A stretch of DNA of 64,000 nt from Eledone cirrhosa (taxonomy: Eukaryota). The notes under the pieces were generated by a model. That model had not been told where the DNA came from and searched no databases. It was given only the letters and a program-made list of their open reading frames with translations. Positions 1 through 11,758 of the stretch are shown in pieces. The position numbers and the translations under genes are program-made. The stretch is taken from positions 87,730,001 through 87,794,000 of the forward strand of contig OZ024741.1 in the NCBI GenBank assembly GCA_964016885.1, written 5' to 3'. The first letter of the stretch is position 1, and each line of letters starts with the position of its first letter.

Positions 1-469
1 CCGCTAATCCCAGACAGTCCCAGCGTGCATCTAAGATCCCGTTCCAGTCGCCCACTAACACTAACGAGCGGGATGTTCCAAGAAAGGTCTCCAGACGCCG
101 GAAGAAATCAGGCCGCCCTGCTCCTGTCGGGGCATAGACGGCCACTAGCCTGAAAGCTTGCCCGTCTCCGCTGGTCACGTCCAGCACCACAAACTTACCC
201 TCTGGGTCCAGGAAGATGGCCCGTATGGCGAGATCCAAACCTCTCCGAAAAAGCACAGCAACTCCTCCCCCCGATCCAGGACGGCTGGGAGATGCGTACA
301 CATCGTAGCCGCCGAAGATCGGTGCGAAGGCCCGTGCTTCGGAGATTCTGGTCTCGCTGATGGCCACTACATCTATGTTTAGTGACCTGAGGTCGTTGAG
401 CAGGTGACCCTGCTTCCATGACGACCCCAAGCCACGCGCATTTATGCTGCCTATTCTGAGTGAGGTCAT
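1..469 (-). CDS. Tx1 ORF2 N-terminus, apurinic-like endonuclease (partial)
   Basis: Motifs SINARGL, VAISET, VYAP and VGDWN read on the - strand; same protein as ORF 13774..15177. Confidence 0.88.
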   Translation of the reverse strand, partial: MTSLRIGSINARGLGSSWKQGHLLNDLRSLNIDVVAISETRISEARAFAPIFGGYDVYASPSRPGSGGGVAVLFRRGLDLAIRAIFLDPEGKFVVLDVTSGDGQAFRLVAVYAPTGAGRPDFFRRLETFLGTSRSLVLVGDWNGILDARWDCLGLA

Positions 470-504
470 GTTTAAAATAGGGTGGAAAAGATGGGAAAGA
501 CCAC

Positions 505-2551
505 TTACCGTACTTGATCGTCAGGTGAAGGGACCGTTGAATCGTCCCTTCGGCTGGTCGTCGGTTCTTCTATGAGTATGTCCGAATATACTCTCCGGTC
601 TCTGAAATCACCAACTGCGTTGGGGAATTTCGTTTTAATGTTTGTGTATTGTTTCTGTGCTATTTTTAGCAGTCTTATGTTAGTTGGCGTTTTGATTGGT
701 GCTGGTATTATGTAGTCGTGCTGTGAAATGTCTGTGTGTTCAATTATGTAAGTCATTAGTTTCTTGTGTGTATTTATTGCCGTGCATTTGTTTTTCTGGG
801 GGTGGGTGTGGTTCTGCTATTTTCTTGTCGTTGTTGCTGGGTGCGTGTGTTTTGTTGTTGTGTTTGCGATGTTGGTGCTTGTGGTGGTGGTGCTGAAGGT
901 GTTGTTGTTGTTGGCGGTGGGGTTGTCGCCGGTGGTGATGGTGGTGCTAGTGTGGGTGGTGATGGTGTTGGTGATGTTGCTGCTGTGAGTCTCTTTGCAG
1001 TAGCCTTTACCCTTTTTTCATTTCTTTCCTCCTTTTTCGAAGGCGACGATGCGCTGCTTCTGCGTTTGTGCCTTCTTACGACCTTTTGCCATCCCTCTCC
1101 CACCTCACACTCCATGTCTGATTCTGTGAGGTCGGGGAGGGGTACCAGCTCCACTCTTTCACTTGTTGTTGGTGATGTTTGCACTGGAGTCTCTGTTGCA
1201 GCTGCATTTGGTATTACTGTTGTTGTTGTTAATACTTCCACTGCTGCTGCTGTTTTTGATTTCCGTGGCGTGGGTATGGGTGCCACGGACCTATCGTTCC
1301 TGGTTGCCGCTTGTCCTGTTGCTGATAGCCGTGAATCCGGTTTCGGAAGGAGGGGGGTTTTCTCCTTTCTCAGGGTCTTCTCGTTGCAGAAGGCCCTGAG
1401 GTGAGTCTTCGATCCACAGCGAAAGCATTTCGGGCGTTTGCCCTCAACACTTATGGGCAGTTGAGTGCCGTTATCGAAGTCTATCACATCCGGGATAGCT
1501 TCGATGCACTCCTGGTTGGTTTGGATTAACATCTCAATGGAGGTGCCGACCCAATCTTCTCTTACTTTTTCTGTACTTGCAGTACAGTTGTTTTGTCCTC
1601 AATTCCGACGAGGACAGACGCGACCAGCCAAGAAGGGGCCATCCCGGAGGGGACGTGGGTCAGTTTGACCCTCACAATTTTTTGCCCGCAGTAGGAGGGC
1701 ACCAACACCATTTCCTCGCTCCTTAGGATCACTAAGGATTGAGCCTTTGCCTCCTGGGGTGTGGCAAAAAGCACGTCTACGGTGGCATATTTCTTGCCTC
1801 GGGTGATGTGCGTTTTCCGCTGCCACACAGACCCTAAGGCTTTTTGTATTTGAGCCTCTGTGGCTCTTTCAACCCTACGGGATTTTGTGGTTACTGTACG
1901 GTACGTGACCGTACAGTGCTGTTGGGTTTCGAAAAATGTTTCGGCTGCCTTGCAGATTGCTCGGTGTCCGGTTTTTGTCACTTTCTTCTTCGCTTCCTCT
2001 AATTCCTCATTCGTTATGAGGATGGTTTCCAGGTTCTTTGCGATACCTGCAAACGAGATTGGTTTTTCTTTGCTGCTGTTGTTGTTGTTGTTGTTGTCGT
2101 CAGAGCTGCTGTTACTTTTGTTGTTGCTACAGGTACTACGACTACTGCCGCCGCCGCTGTTGCTGTGGTTGTTGTTGTTGTTGCTGCTGCTTCTGTTGTT
2201 GTTGCTGCTAATGCTGTTGTTGTTTATGCTGCTACTGATGCTGTTGCGGCTGCTACTGTTGTTTTCCTTGTCACTGTTGCTGCTGCTGCTGTTATTACGG
2301 CTGCTACTGCTATTATTCCTGACGTCAGACGAATGAAATGGGTTTTCATATTTCCCGCACACCTTTTTCGTCGTTGTCGTCGTCGTCGTGGAGAAATCTT
2401 GCACACTTTGCACGTGATTTTTCTTTTCTGGCGTCGCTTGCGAAAGAGAAGGGAGGGAGAGAGACAATCTTCTCTCTGCTGTAGTGACGATTGAGGAAGA
2501 AGAAGACGGAATGAGTGGGAGTGACCTATGAAAATTCTTTTTCGTAGCCAT
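505..2551 (-). pseudogene. Tx1 ORF1 (gag-like; RRM-like core, CCHC knuckle, low-complexity linkers), two frameshifts
   Basis: ORFs 1562..2584, 774..1532 and 505..756 join into one protein. Knuckle CFRCGSKTHLRAFC. Core homologous to 15697..17259. Likely start MATKK at 2551. Confidence 0.82.
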
Positions 2552-2780
2552 GTTTTTTTTTTGTTTAAAATAAATATTGGGCACAAAACCCCAATAAGCG
2601 GTTATTTAACCCGAAGGGCCAAATAACGGGCAGAAAGACCCCTCTCACGAGGAGGAGGGTGTTTTTGTCTACAATTTGGTTAAAGTTTTAAACAATTTAC
2701 AATTGTTATAGCGGTCAAAATTTACAATACCTTACAGAGCCGAGCCTCCGTCAACCATAGCATTCAATAATAATAATAAT

Positions 2781-3440
2781 GTTTTCTTTATTAACCACAA
2801 GGGTTTACATAAAGTAGACATTAAAGACAGTACAGGACAATACAGGACGGTACAAATGGGCATTTCTGCATGTAAAAAAAACAGAGGATGTAATAAAATA
2901 ACAAAGAAAAATTCCCCAATAGGGGGGAGACTTCCGAGGGACATTTGTGGAGAAAGCCCATTAAAAGACCACAGTGACCCTGACCACCAGGGCAAGTGCC
3001 CTCTCCCAGTTTTCCACCTTTAATTTAGAGACACATACTCAGAGTAGGCCCATTCACTTAGGCTAAAGGAAGAGGGCGGGGAAATCCTCACGATGGACTC
3101 AGCTGATAGCTGGATCCGTCCTACACGTGACAGCAGGTGTTCGACATAAACCCACAAGTCAGCAATGCTCGGACACTGGACGAGTGCGTGCAGGATGGTT
3201 TCGTCGCCCTGCGCGCATCTCGGACATGCCCGGCTGACGGCACCTCCATGCCTGTAGAGTTTATCCCGAACTGGCAAAGCTCCCCGGTAGCACTGCCAGG
3301 CCAGGGATTTCTGGAAGTTGTCCATAGCCCCCGGCCCGAAAGTCCTTCCGAAGAGATTGGCTAGTTGATTTTCGTCGACGCCTAGAGTTTCTCCAAGTAC
3401 ATCGTCACTCTTCCCCTCCACTAATCCTCTATAGAACGCC
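2781..3440 (-). mobile_element. 5'-truncated Tx1 3' fragment with an internal deletion of about 220 bp
   Basis: Matches 11516-12389 (ORF2 C-terminal CPRC...H...C and the 3' UTR) but lacks about 11791-12008. Flanked by (AAT)n on both sides. Confidence 0.9.

Positions 3441-3536
<96 letters not shown>
3441..3536. repeat. (AAT)32 microsatellite, target or tail tract
   Basis: Read directly. Confidence 0.97.
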
Positions 3537-3537
<1 letters not shown>

Positions 3538-3667
3538 GAACAGCAAGAACCCTCCGATACGTCCTGAATATCTGAGGCTGCAGGTAGTGGCTTGATATTC
3601 AATCCAACGGACTTTCCAGTTAACCAACATCAATGACTGAGATTCAAGGAATAACAATAACAATAAC

Positions 3668-3765
<98 letters not shown>

Positions 3766-3766
3766 G
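3537..3766 (+). mobile_element. R4/Dong family B extreme 3' fragment with (AAC/AAT)n tail
   Basis: GTARTLRYVLNI* and 3' UTR match about 22403-22516, followed by about 115 bp of AAT-type tail. Confidence 0.9.
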
Positions 3767-4705
3767 GGAAGAAGACGCACGAGGTGGTAGAAGGTCATGA
3801 AATCGCTCCTCTTAAGTTTTTGATTTTTAACATATTTAAATCAATTGTGAAATAACAATTCTTAGTACAAATGTTGCATAAACCACCGAATCAGGTCCCA
3901 TAAAGTTTCGGATCCATATTATATTGTTGTATCGCTCAAATATTCAATTTTGTATTATATATTTTGTATTCAAAAAAAGAAAATGGTTATAAATGGGAAA
4001 AAAACACCCTCTGTCTACACTATATAGAACAGCCAAATAACAGCAATTTCACCAACACCAGAAACTTGATACACCACCTATCCCATCACACTAAATATAA
4101 CAGCCAGATAACGGCAATTTCACCAGCATCATGATAATAATTACTATTATTATTGTCTCAAATTTTAAAAAAATGTTTAATTCCAATTTTACGGGAATAT
4201 GTCAACACAAAATATAATAAAAATATATATTAAACATACGAACACAAACTCATAGATACTACATATCAGTAACCACAACGCCACCGCTGCCACCACCCCA
4301 CCCCATCCATCATTGCTACCACTATCCCATCGTCGCCGCCACCACTCCTTCAATGCTACCACCACTATTCCCCTGTTAACTTGAGAGAGAAAGGGGAAGG
4401 TGGCGGTATCACTAGACAAGGGAGAGGCTAGCAAAAGATATAAATAGATTGACTTAGTGACCTGGCCACCGGCCAAACGTCAACATCAACAACTATGGGA
4501 CTGCTGGCTCACCCCTTCCTCACCAACAATATAAAAAGCCCCGGCACCACCACCGACATAGCCAACAACAATAACAGCCAACTACAACAAAAAGTATATT
4601 ATATTATTGTAATACACTGGGTGATTGCTGGCCTTGTGCCTGGAGTGGAGACAATTATTAATAATTTCATTCTTAAGCCACGCAATGCTCACATTAAGGA
4701 ACCAC

Positions 4706-7700
4706 TCATGATAATAACAATTTAAAAAAACAACAAAAAGAAAACCCCGTGACCAAGAAATACCGGGATGGCGGCCGGCGGGGAATAGCCGTGTCTCTAG
4801 GGGAGAACGACCCCTCTAGTCTTGGTTGACACTCGTTCTAGAAGTGGTAACACGAAATGATTACCCCTTGGCGGATAAGGATAAAACGCGACAAAATAAA
4901 GTAAATGTCTAATGATAAAATCTCATTCCGGATCGGCCGTCACCCGGGTAAAAAAGGGCCGCGTCCCTCAGAGAGGAACCAGACTGGGGTCGAAAAATCA
5001 GCTAATGGTTCAAACCTTCCCATCACTTCGGAGCTGGAGACCTCCCATAACCGGAATACTCCTACTGTTGGCCCTCCATGCTCACCACCAAGAAATCCAA
5101 AGAAAAAGAGAGAAAAATGGTCAAGGGAAGATAATAAAGAAGTCCTTGAGGCTTTCTACACTGCCATGTACTACCCATCAAATACATCGAATACAGAACA
5201 GACATATATCAACTGGAAAAAGAAACATCCCGAAAACAGAGGCTATATTGACAATAACAAACTAGCCAATATACGAAGAAATATTGTAAGAAAAAAGTTA
5301 CTAACTGATATAGAAATTGATCAGATCAAGCTATTAGCACAAAGTCAGCGAAGGGAAAATGAAACATGTGTCAGTGAAAACGAGGTAAACTGTAACACTT
5401 CGAACCCCAGGGTTGGGGCGGAATCACTGGCAACAGAACAAATTAAAGAAAGGATCGAAAAAGTGGAGGGAGTGCATGCTCAGGATGAAACTCCAAATGA
5501 AAATAATGAGATCGTAAATGAGAATGAGCTTGCCAACTTGAAGGATGAAATTATGATCGAATGGATGAAAATGAAAGAATCTGACATGGGGCAACGAGAC
5601 ACCCTCCCTAAAATCCAGAACTCCAAACAGAACCAAAAGATAATACACAAGACTAACATAATTCTCAAAAACATTATCATCACAAACAAATTAAACATTA
5701 CTGATTTAAATCATCTCTATTATGCATCGGCTAAAGTCACCACTCACTTATGTGGAGGGAAGATGAAAAAACAAAGGAATTCCCACAAGAAATCTACTTG
5801 GCAAGAGAACATCAATCGCCAAATAAACCTTCTCCGATCTGACATAGAAATTTTAACAAACTATAAAGTAGGTGAACATGTTAAACAAACTAAACTTAGA
5901 AAATTGAAAAAAAAGTACAGTATAAAATCAACATGTGACATAGACATGCTGATAGAAATAATCAAGCAAAAAGTGTCGGCCAAAGCTGCTCGTATAAGGC
6001 GCTTTGAAAAACGATCTAGATTCTATAAGGACAATAATATGTTCAAAAACAACCAAAGAAACTTCTACAGAAAAATTGGTAAGTCAACAATAACTGCTAA
6101 ATCAATACCACCCAAGGAGGAAGTGCAAGAATTCTGGGAAAAGATCTGGGCCGAAGAAAAAGTTCATAACATACATGCCCCATGGATAGACAGACAAATG
6201 AAAGATACAGCTCACCTTGAGGAACAAACATGGGAAAATATAACAGTTGAACAGTTGCGCTTGGCTCTAAGAAAAACCAGCAAATGGAAATCCCCAGGAA
6301 AAGACAAAATACAAAACTTTTGGATAAATGCTTTCACAGTGTCTCATGAGCTGTTAGCCCAACTTTACAATGAAATAGTTAAGGAGCCAGAAAAGATACC
6401 ATCATGGCTAGTTAACGGCATTACATTCCTGCTTCCGAAGAATGATGAGACAAACAATCCCAAAAATTACAGACCGATAACTTGCTTGACCACAATGTAT
6501 AAAATTTTAACATCAGTCCTAACTGTACACATATGACCACCTGATAACAAATGACCTATTTCCCATTGAGCAGAAAGGGTGTAAACGAGGCTCATATGGC
6601 TGTAAGGATCAGCTTCTGGTTAACAAAATGATACTGGAATATTGTCATAATAGACACAAAAATCTATCGATTGTTTGGATAGATTATAAAAAAGCATTCG
6701 ATAGTTTGCCACACAGTTGGATTGAAAAATGTTTAGAGGATTTTCAAAATATCCCCCGTTGTCAGGAGGTTTTTGTCATTCAGTATGAAGACATGGAAAA
6801 CGACACTCCTTTTGAATAGTGAAACAAAATCACTGGAAGCTGGAGAAGTTAATATTAATTGTTGAATTTTTCAGGGTGACTCTTTATCACCGCTTTTATT
6901 CTGCATCGCACTTATACCATTAAGTAAAATGCTCAATGAAACAAAACATGGATATAAAGTCTATGACAAAACCATTAATCACCTGTTCTACATGGATGAC
7001 CTGAAACTATTTGCAAAAAATGATGAACAATTGCAAGGGCTATTATCCACTGTGAAGCAGTTCAGTGATGACATTAAAATGGAGTTTGGACTAGATAAAT
7101 GCGCCAAAGCAACGTTCACCAGAGGAAAGCTGCTGAAGAGTTCAGACATTAATCTTGATCGGGGGAACGTGATAAGAGAACTTGATCAAGAAAAAACTTA
7201 CAAATATCTAGGTGTTTGTGAAGGAGACGGAATCAAGCACTCGACAATGAGGGAAAGGATAAGGAAAGAATGTTACCGCAGAGTAAGAGCAATCTTAAGA
7301 ACGGAATTGAATGCAAGGAATAGGATCGATGCCATAAACACGCTTGCCATACCAGTAGTAACCTACAGTTACAATGTCATCAACTGGTCAAGCACAGAGA
7401 TCCGTAGGCTCGATACAAAAATTCGAAAATTCTTAACCATGCACAGAATGCATCACCCTAAGGCAGATATAGATAGAATATATCTCCCTAGGAAAGAAGG
7501 AGGACGTGGGTTAATCCAGTTAGACATTGCGTTGAAAACTGCAACAATTGGATTATCTACATATCTAAGGGAATCACATGATTGGATGATCAAACTCGTT
7601 TTGAAACACGAAAGCATCAAAAGATCATATTCCATTACAAAAGATGCACAAAGATACAGTAATGGACTACAAATTTCAGAAGTCCCATTTACTGCTGAAA

Positions 7701-8700
7701 TGGAAAACACAGAAAAAGCAAAGCAGGTAAAAGTAACTGCAAAGAAAGAACTGCTACAGAAACTGGCTAAGAAATGGCAAGAAAAGCCTCTGTATGGAAA
7801 ATACCCAGAGCGAGCTAACAATCCTGATGTTGACAAAACTTTAACCCATCAGTGGTTGGCATCCTCTGGACTGAAATCGGAGACTGAAGGACTGATTATA
7901 TCGGCACAAGATCAGTGTCTGCCAACAAAAAATTACCAAGCCAACATAATAAAAAATGGGTGCAGCCCATTATGCCGTGTATGCAAAAAACAACCAGAGA
8001 CCATTGACCATATAATTTCAATGTGCAGTCCTATAGCTCCAACCGAATACCTAAACAGGCATGACAGAGCTGCACAATACATACATTGGATAATGTGTAA
8101 GCATTTTGACCTGCCCCATCAAAAGAATTGGTGGGAGCATCAACCACCTCCCATACTTGAAAAAGATCACATCTCAATCTTGTGGAACTTTAGCATCCAA
8201 ACAGAACGAAAAATAGATGCAAATAGACCTGATATAATATTGAAGGACTTTCAAAAGAGGGTATGCCTGCTAATTGATATGTCTGTTCCAATAGACAAGA
8301 ATGTATCTATAAAAACATTTGAAAAATTGAGCAAGTATAAGGATCTGGAGATAGAAATTGGAAAAATGTGGAAATTGAGAACTAAAACAATACCAGTGGT
8401 TGTAGGCGCTCTGGGAATGATACCTAAGGGTCTAATGACTACTTATCGCAAATCCCAGGAAACCCGCGTATAGGAGAAATACAAAAGATAGTACTAATGG
8501 GAACTGCCCATATACTAAGGAAGATTCTGTCAATATAAGTACATCACAAGTCTAAACACTAAAGATGCATGTGTGAATATGTATGTTCTTTCTTGAACAT
8601 GGCGGACCTTGTTGTCTCTTGAGGTCACTGGTTGTGACTTGGTGATAACTCGTATGAACATAAAGCAAGATAAATGCAACTGTAATAATAATAATAATAA
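4706..8700 (+). mobile_element. R4/Dong-clade retrotransposon family A, near full length, with (TAA)n tail
   Basis: Single-ORF RT-RLE layout. The 3' UTR ends ...gataaatgcaactg then (TAA)n, the same as 18779. The 5' boundary is approximate. Confidence 0.9.
4905..8538 (+). pseudogene. Dong-A polyprotein: N-terminal Myb-like region, reverse transcriptase, CCHC finger and restriction-like endonuclease; disrupted
   Basis: KWSREDNKEVLEAFY; KSPGKDKI; NYRPITCL; IDYKKAFDS; LFYMDDLKLF; CRVCKKQPETIDHIISMC; RHD; RPDIILKD...LIDMSVP...KLSKY. Breaks near 6536, 6740, 6862 and 8430. Confidence 0.9.
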
Positions 8701-8707
8701 TGATAAT

Positions 8708-9029
8708 GTAAAAAGGATTTGGAATTGCCATGAAGGTAAAAAGGATTTGGAACTGCCATGAAGTCAAAGTGATCCCGATTGTCATAGGCGCACTAGGGAC
8801 TATCACAAAAAGTTTCCAGGGATGGTTAAAGAAAATTGGCCCCTTCACGCTTTTTGGAACGCTTCAAAAGGCATGCTTGCTGGGAACAGCAAGAACCCTC
8901 CGATACGTCCTGAATATCTGAGGCTGCAGGTAGTGGCTTGATATTCATTTCAACAAACTTTCCAGTTAACTAACATCAATGACTGAGACTCAAAGAGTAA
9001 TAACAATAATAATAATAATAATAATAATA
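8708..9029 (+). mobile_element. Dong-B 3' fragment with a duplicated 28-bp 5' end and tail
   Basis: VKRIWNCHEVKVIPIVIGALG...YVLNI* plus 3' UTR. gtaaaaaggatttggaaYtgccatgaag occurs twice in tandem. Confidence 0.88.
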
Positions 9030-11515
9030 ATGTTCGACAACAACCAGAAGATGCTGTTTGGACAGCTTGAAGGGAAAGAAAGAGGCAACGACTTGATCCC
9101 TGAGGCGGAACAAACTAAAACATTCTGGAGAGGAATATAGGAGCAGGATGTTAAACATAATGACCAGGCAGTGTGGATTGAGACAGTACAGAAGGAGATT
9201 AGTGAACAGGCATACCAACAAACTGATTTGAGTATCACAGTTGAAACTCTTAAGGGGCAGGCCAAAAAACTAACCAACTGGAAATCACCAGGCCCAGATG
9301 GTGTGCAGGGGTATTGGATTAAAAATATAACATCCCTCCACCCGAAACTGACAACCATGTTCAATGACTGCTTGATGTCAGGTGAGGTACCAGAGTGGTT
9401 GACAAAAGGTACCACAGTTCTGATAATGAAAGACCGAATCAAGGGTAATGATGTTACCAACTATAGACCTATCACATGTCTGTCCGTAATGTGGAAACTG
9501 TTGACAAGCATTATGTCTGAGGAAATCTACCATCACCTCCACACAAACAACTTGTTACCGGACGAACAGAAAGGATGCCGAAAGAAGTCACGTGGTACAA
9601 AGGACCAGTTACTTATTGATAAGATGGTAATGAGGAATTGTAAGAGGAGACACACTGGTCTTGCCATGGGATGGATAGACTACAAAAAGGCATTTGACAT
9701 GGTGCCTCATTCTTGGATCACCAAAAGCCTGGAGATCTTCAAGGTGGCAGATAACATCAGACAGTTGTTGGGCAAAAGTATGAAGTCCTGGGAAACAGAG
9801 TTAACATCAACTGGAGAATCCTTGGGAAGCGTGAAGATCAAGAGAGGTATCTTCCAGGGAGATAGTCTGTCCCCTCTGTTGTTTGTCCTTGTCCTGGTGC
9901 CCCTGACCAGTGTTGAGAGCAGGATACAGGTTGGGAAAGGGAGGGCTTACCTCAATCACCTCCTCTTCATGGACGATCTTAAGCTCTTCGGGAAGAGTGA
10001 GAAGGAGTTGGATGTGCTTGTTGACACTGTCCGTATTTTCACCAATGATATATGTATGCAATTTGGTATTAGTAAGTGTGGAGTCATTGTGATGAAGAAG
10101 GGTAAGTTGAGCAGAAGTAACGGAATCCAGGTACTAACGGGTGAGATGATAAAGGAAATTGACTCTGAAGAAGGATACAAGTATTTGGGCGTTCTGGAGG
10201 CTGATGACATCAAGAACAGAAAAATGAAGGAATTGATAAGAACTGAATACATTCGGAGAGTAAGGAGCGTATTAAAGTCACATCTGAACAGTAGGAATGC
10301 CATAAGTGCAGTAAATTCCCGAGCTGTGTCTATTATTAGGTACAGTGCGGGAATTCTGAGATGGAATGTTGCTGAACAGAAAGAAATGGATAGGAAGACT
10401 AGGAAGCTATTGACTATCTACAACATGTTCCACAAGAGGAGTGATGTCGATAGACTCTACTTAAGGAGATCTGAGGGTGGAAGAGGTCTTATCAGCATAG
10501 AGGACTGTGTTCAGATGGAGAAAAACAACCTACACAAATACGTGACTGATAGTAAGGAGCCAATGCTCAGAACTGTACTGAAGGAGGGGACAATAGGCCA
10601 GGGGATGTCCAAGGAGGAAATAACATCAAGGAGAAAGAGCAGCCTTCAGGAAAAATCCCTTCATAGTACCTTCTTTGAGAAAACTGAATTTAGAGATCCA
10701 CAGACACGGAACTGCTTGAAAAGAGGAGACCTTAAAAAGGCTACAGAAGGAATGTTAATGGCTGCGCATGAGCAGGCCCTTAAAACGAAGTGGTTGAAAC
10801 ACCATATTTACAAGGAGGAGGCTAGCCCACTGTGCAGGATCTGTGGAGAGAGAGAGGAGACTGTGGCTCACATTGTATCCGAGTGCAAACACCTAGCCCA
10901 GACTCACTATAAGGGCTGGAGACATGATGTGGTGGGCAGGGTGATCCACTGGCACCTGTGCAAAGTAAACAATTTACCACATTCTGAGAAGTGGTATGAG
11001 CATAGGCCAGAGGCGGTGATAGAGAACAATCAGGTGAAGGTGCTGTGGGATTTTAGGATACAGACGGACAAAAAACTGGAACACAATAGACCTGACCTGG
11101 TGGTTGTGGACAAAGAAAAATGATCGTGTCTGATTGTGGAAGTGGCCTGCCCTTTCGACACGAGAGTGCAAGAGAAGGAGAGGGAGAAAATTAATCGATA
11201 CCAGGACCTAAAGTGGGAGGTGAAAAGGATTTGGAACTGCCATGAAGTCAAAGTGATCCCGATTGTCATAGGCGCACTGGGGACTATCTCCAAAAGTTTC
11301 CAGGGATGGTTAAAGAAAATCGGCCCCTTCACGCGTTTTGGAACGCTTCAAAAGGCATGCTTGCTTGGAACAGCAAGAACCCTCCGATACGTCCTGAATA
11401 TTTGAGGCTGCAGGTAGTGGCTTGATATTCATTCCAACGGACTTTCCAGTTAACCAACATCAATGACTGAGATTCAAGGAATAACAACATTAATAATAAT
11501 AATAATAATAATAAT
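9030..11515 (+). mobile_element. Dong-B 5'-truncated copy (RT-RLE, with stop codons and a small deletion) plus tail
   Basis: ORFs 9171..11123 and 11136..11405: LLFMDDLKLF, CRICGEREETVAHIVSEC, RHD, RPDLVVVD. Starts at the position matching about 20054 of the full copy. Confidence 0.92.
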
Positions 11516-11758
11516 GTTTTCTTTATTAACCACAAGGGTTCACATAAAGTAGACATTAAGGACAGTACAGGACAATACAGGACGGTACAAAAGGGCATTT
11601 CTGCGTGTAAAAAAACAGAGCTTGAAATAAAATAACAAAGAAAAATTCCCCAATAGGGGGGAGACTTCCAAGGGACATTTGTGGAGAAAGCCCATTAAAA
11701 GACCACAGTGGCCCTGACCACCAGGGCAAGTGCCCTCTCCCAGTTTTCCACCTTTAAT

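Larger units (their letters stand above)
1..2765 (-). mobile_element. Tx1/L1-clade non-LTR retrotransposon copy a (5' UTR, ORF1 and start of ORF2; runs off the window's left edge)
   Basis: ORF2 starts at ATG 469 (MTSLRIGSINARGLGSSWKQ..., APE endonuclease), nearly identical to 14709-15177. Gag-like ORF1 lies upstream. The 5' end abuts (AAT)5 at 2766-2780. Confidence 0.9.

Noticed and set aside
503-509. acttacc as a remnant of U1 snRNA or a U1 target site
   Set aside because: Only 7 nt match and no further U1 sequence; better explained as a splice donor on the element strand.
696-2586. Long Leu/Val/Cys-rich ORFs overlapping Tx1 ORF1 (also 15519-17056)
   Set aside because: Antisense or off-frame shadows of low-complexity trinucleotide coding sequence.
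3421-3798. Poly-Leu and poly-Tyr ORFs over the AAT tracts
   Set aside because: Microsatellite translation artefacts.
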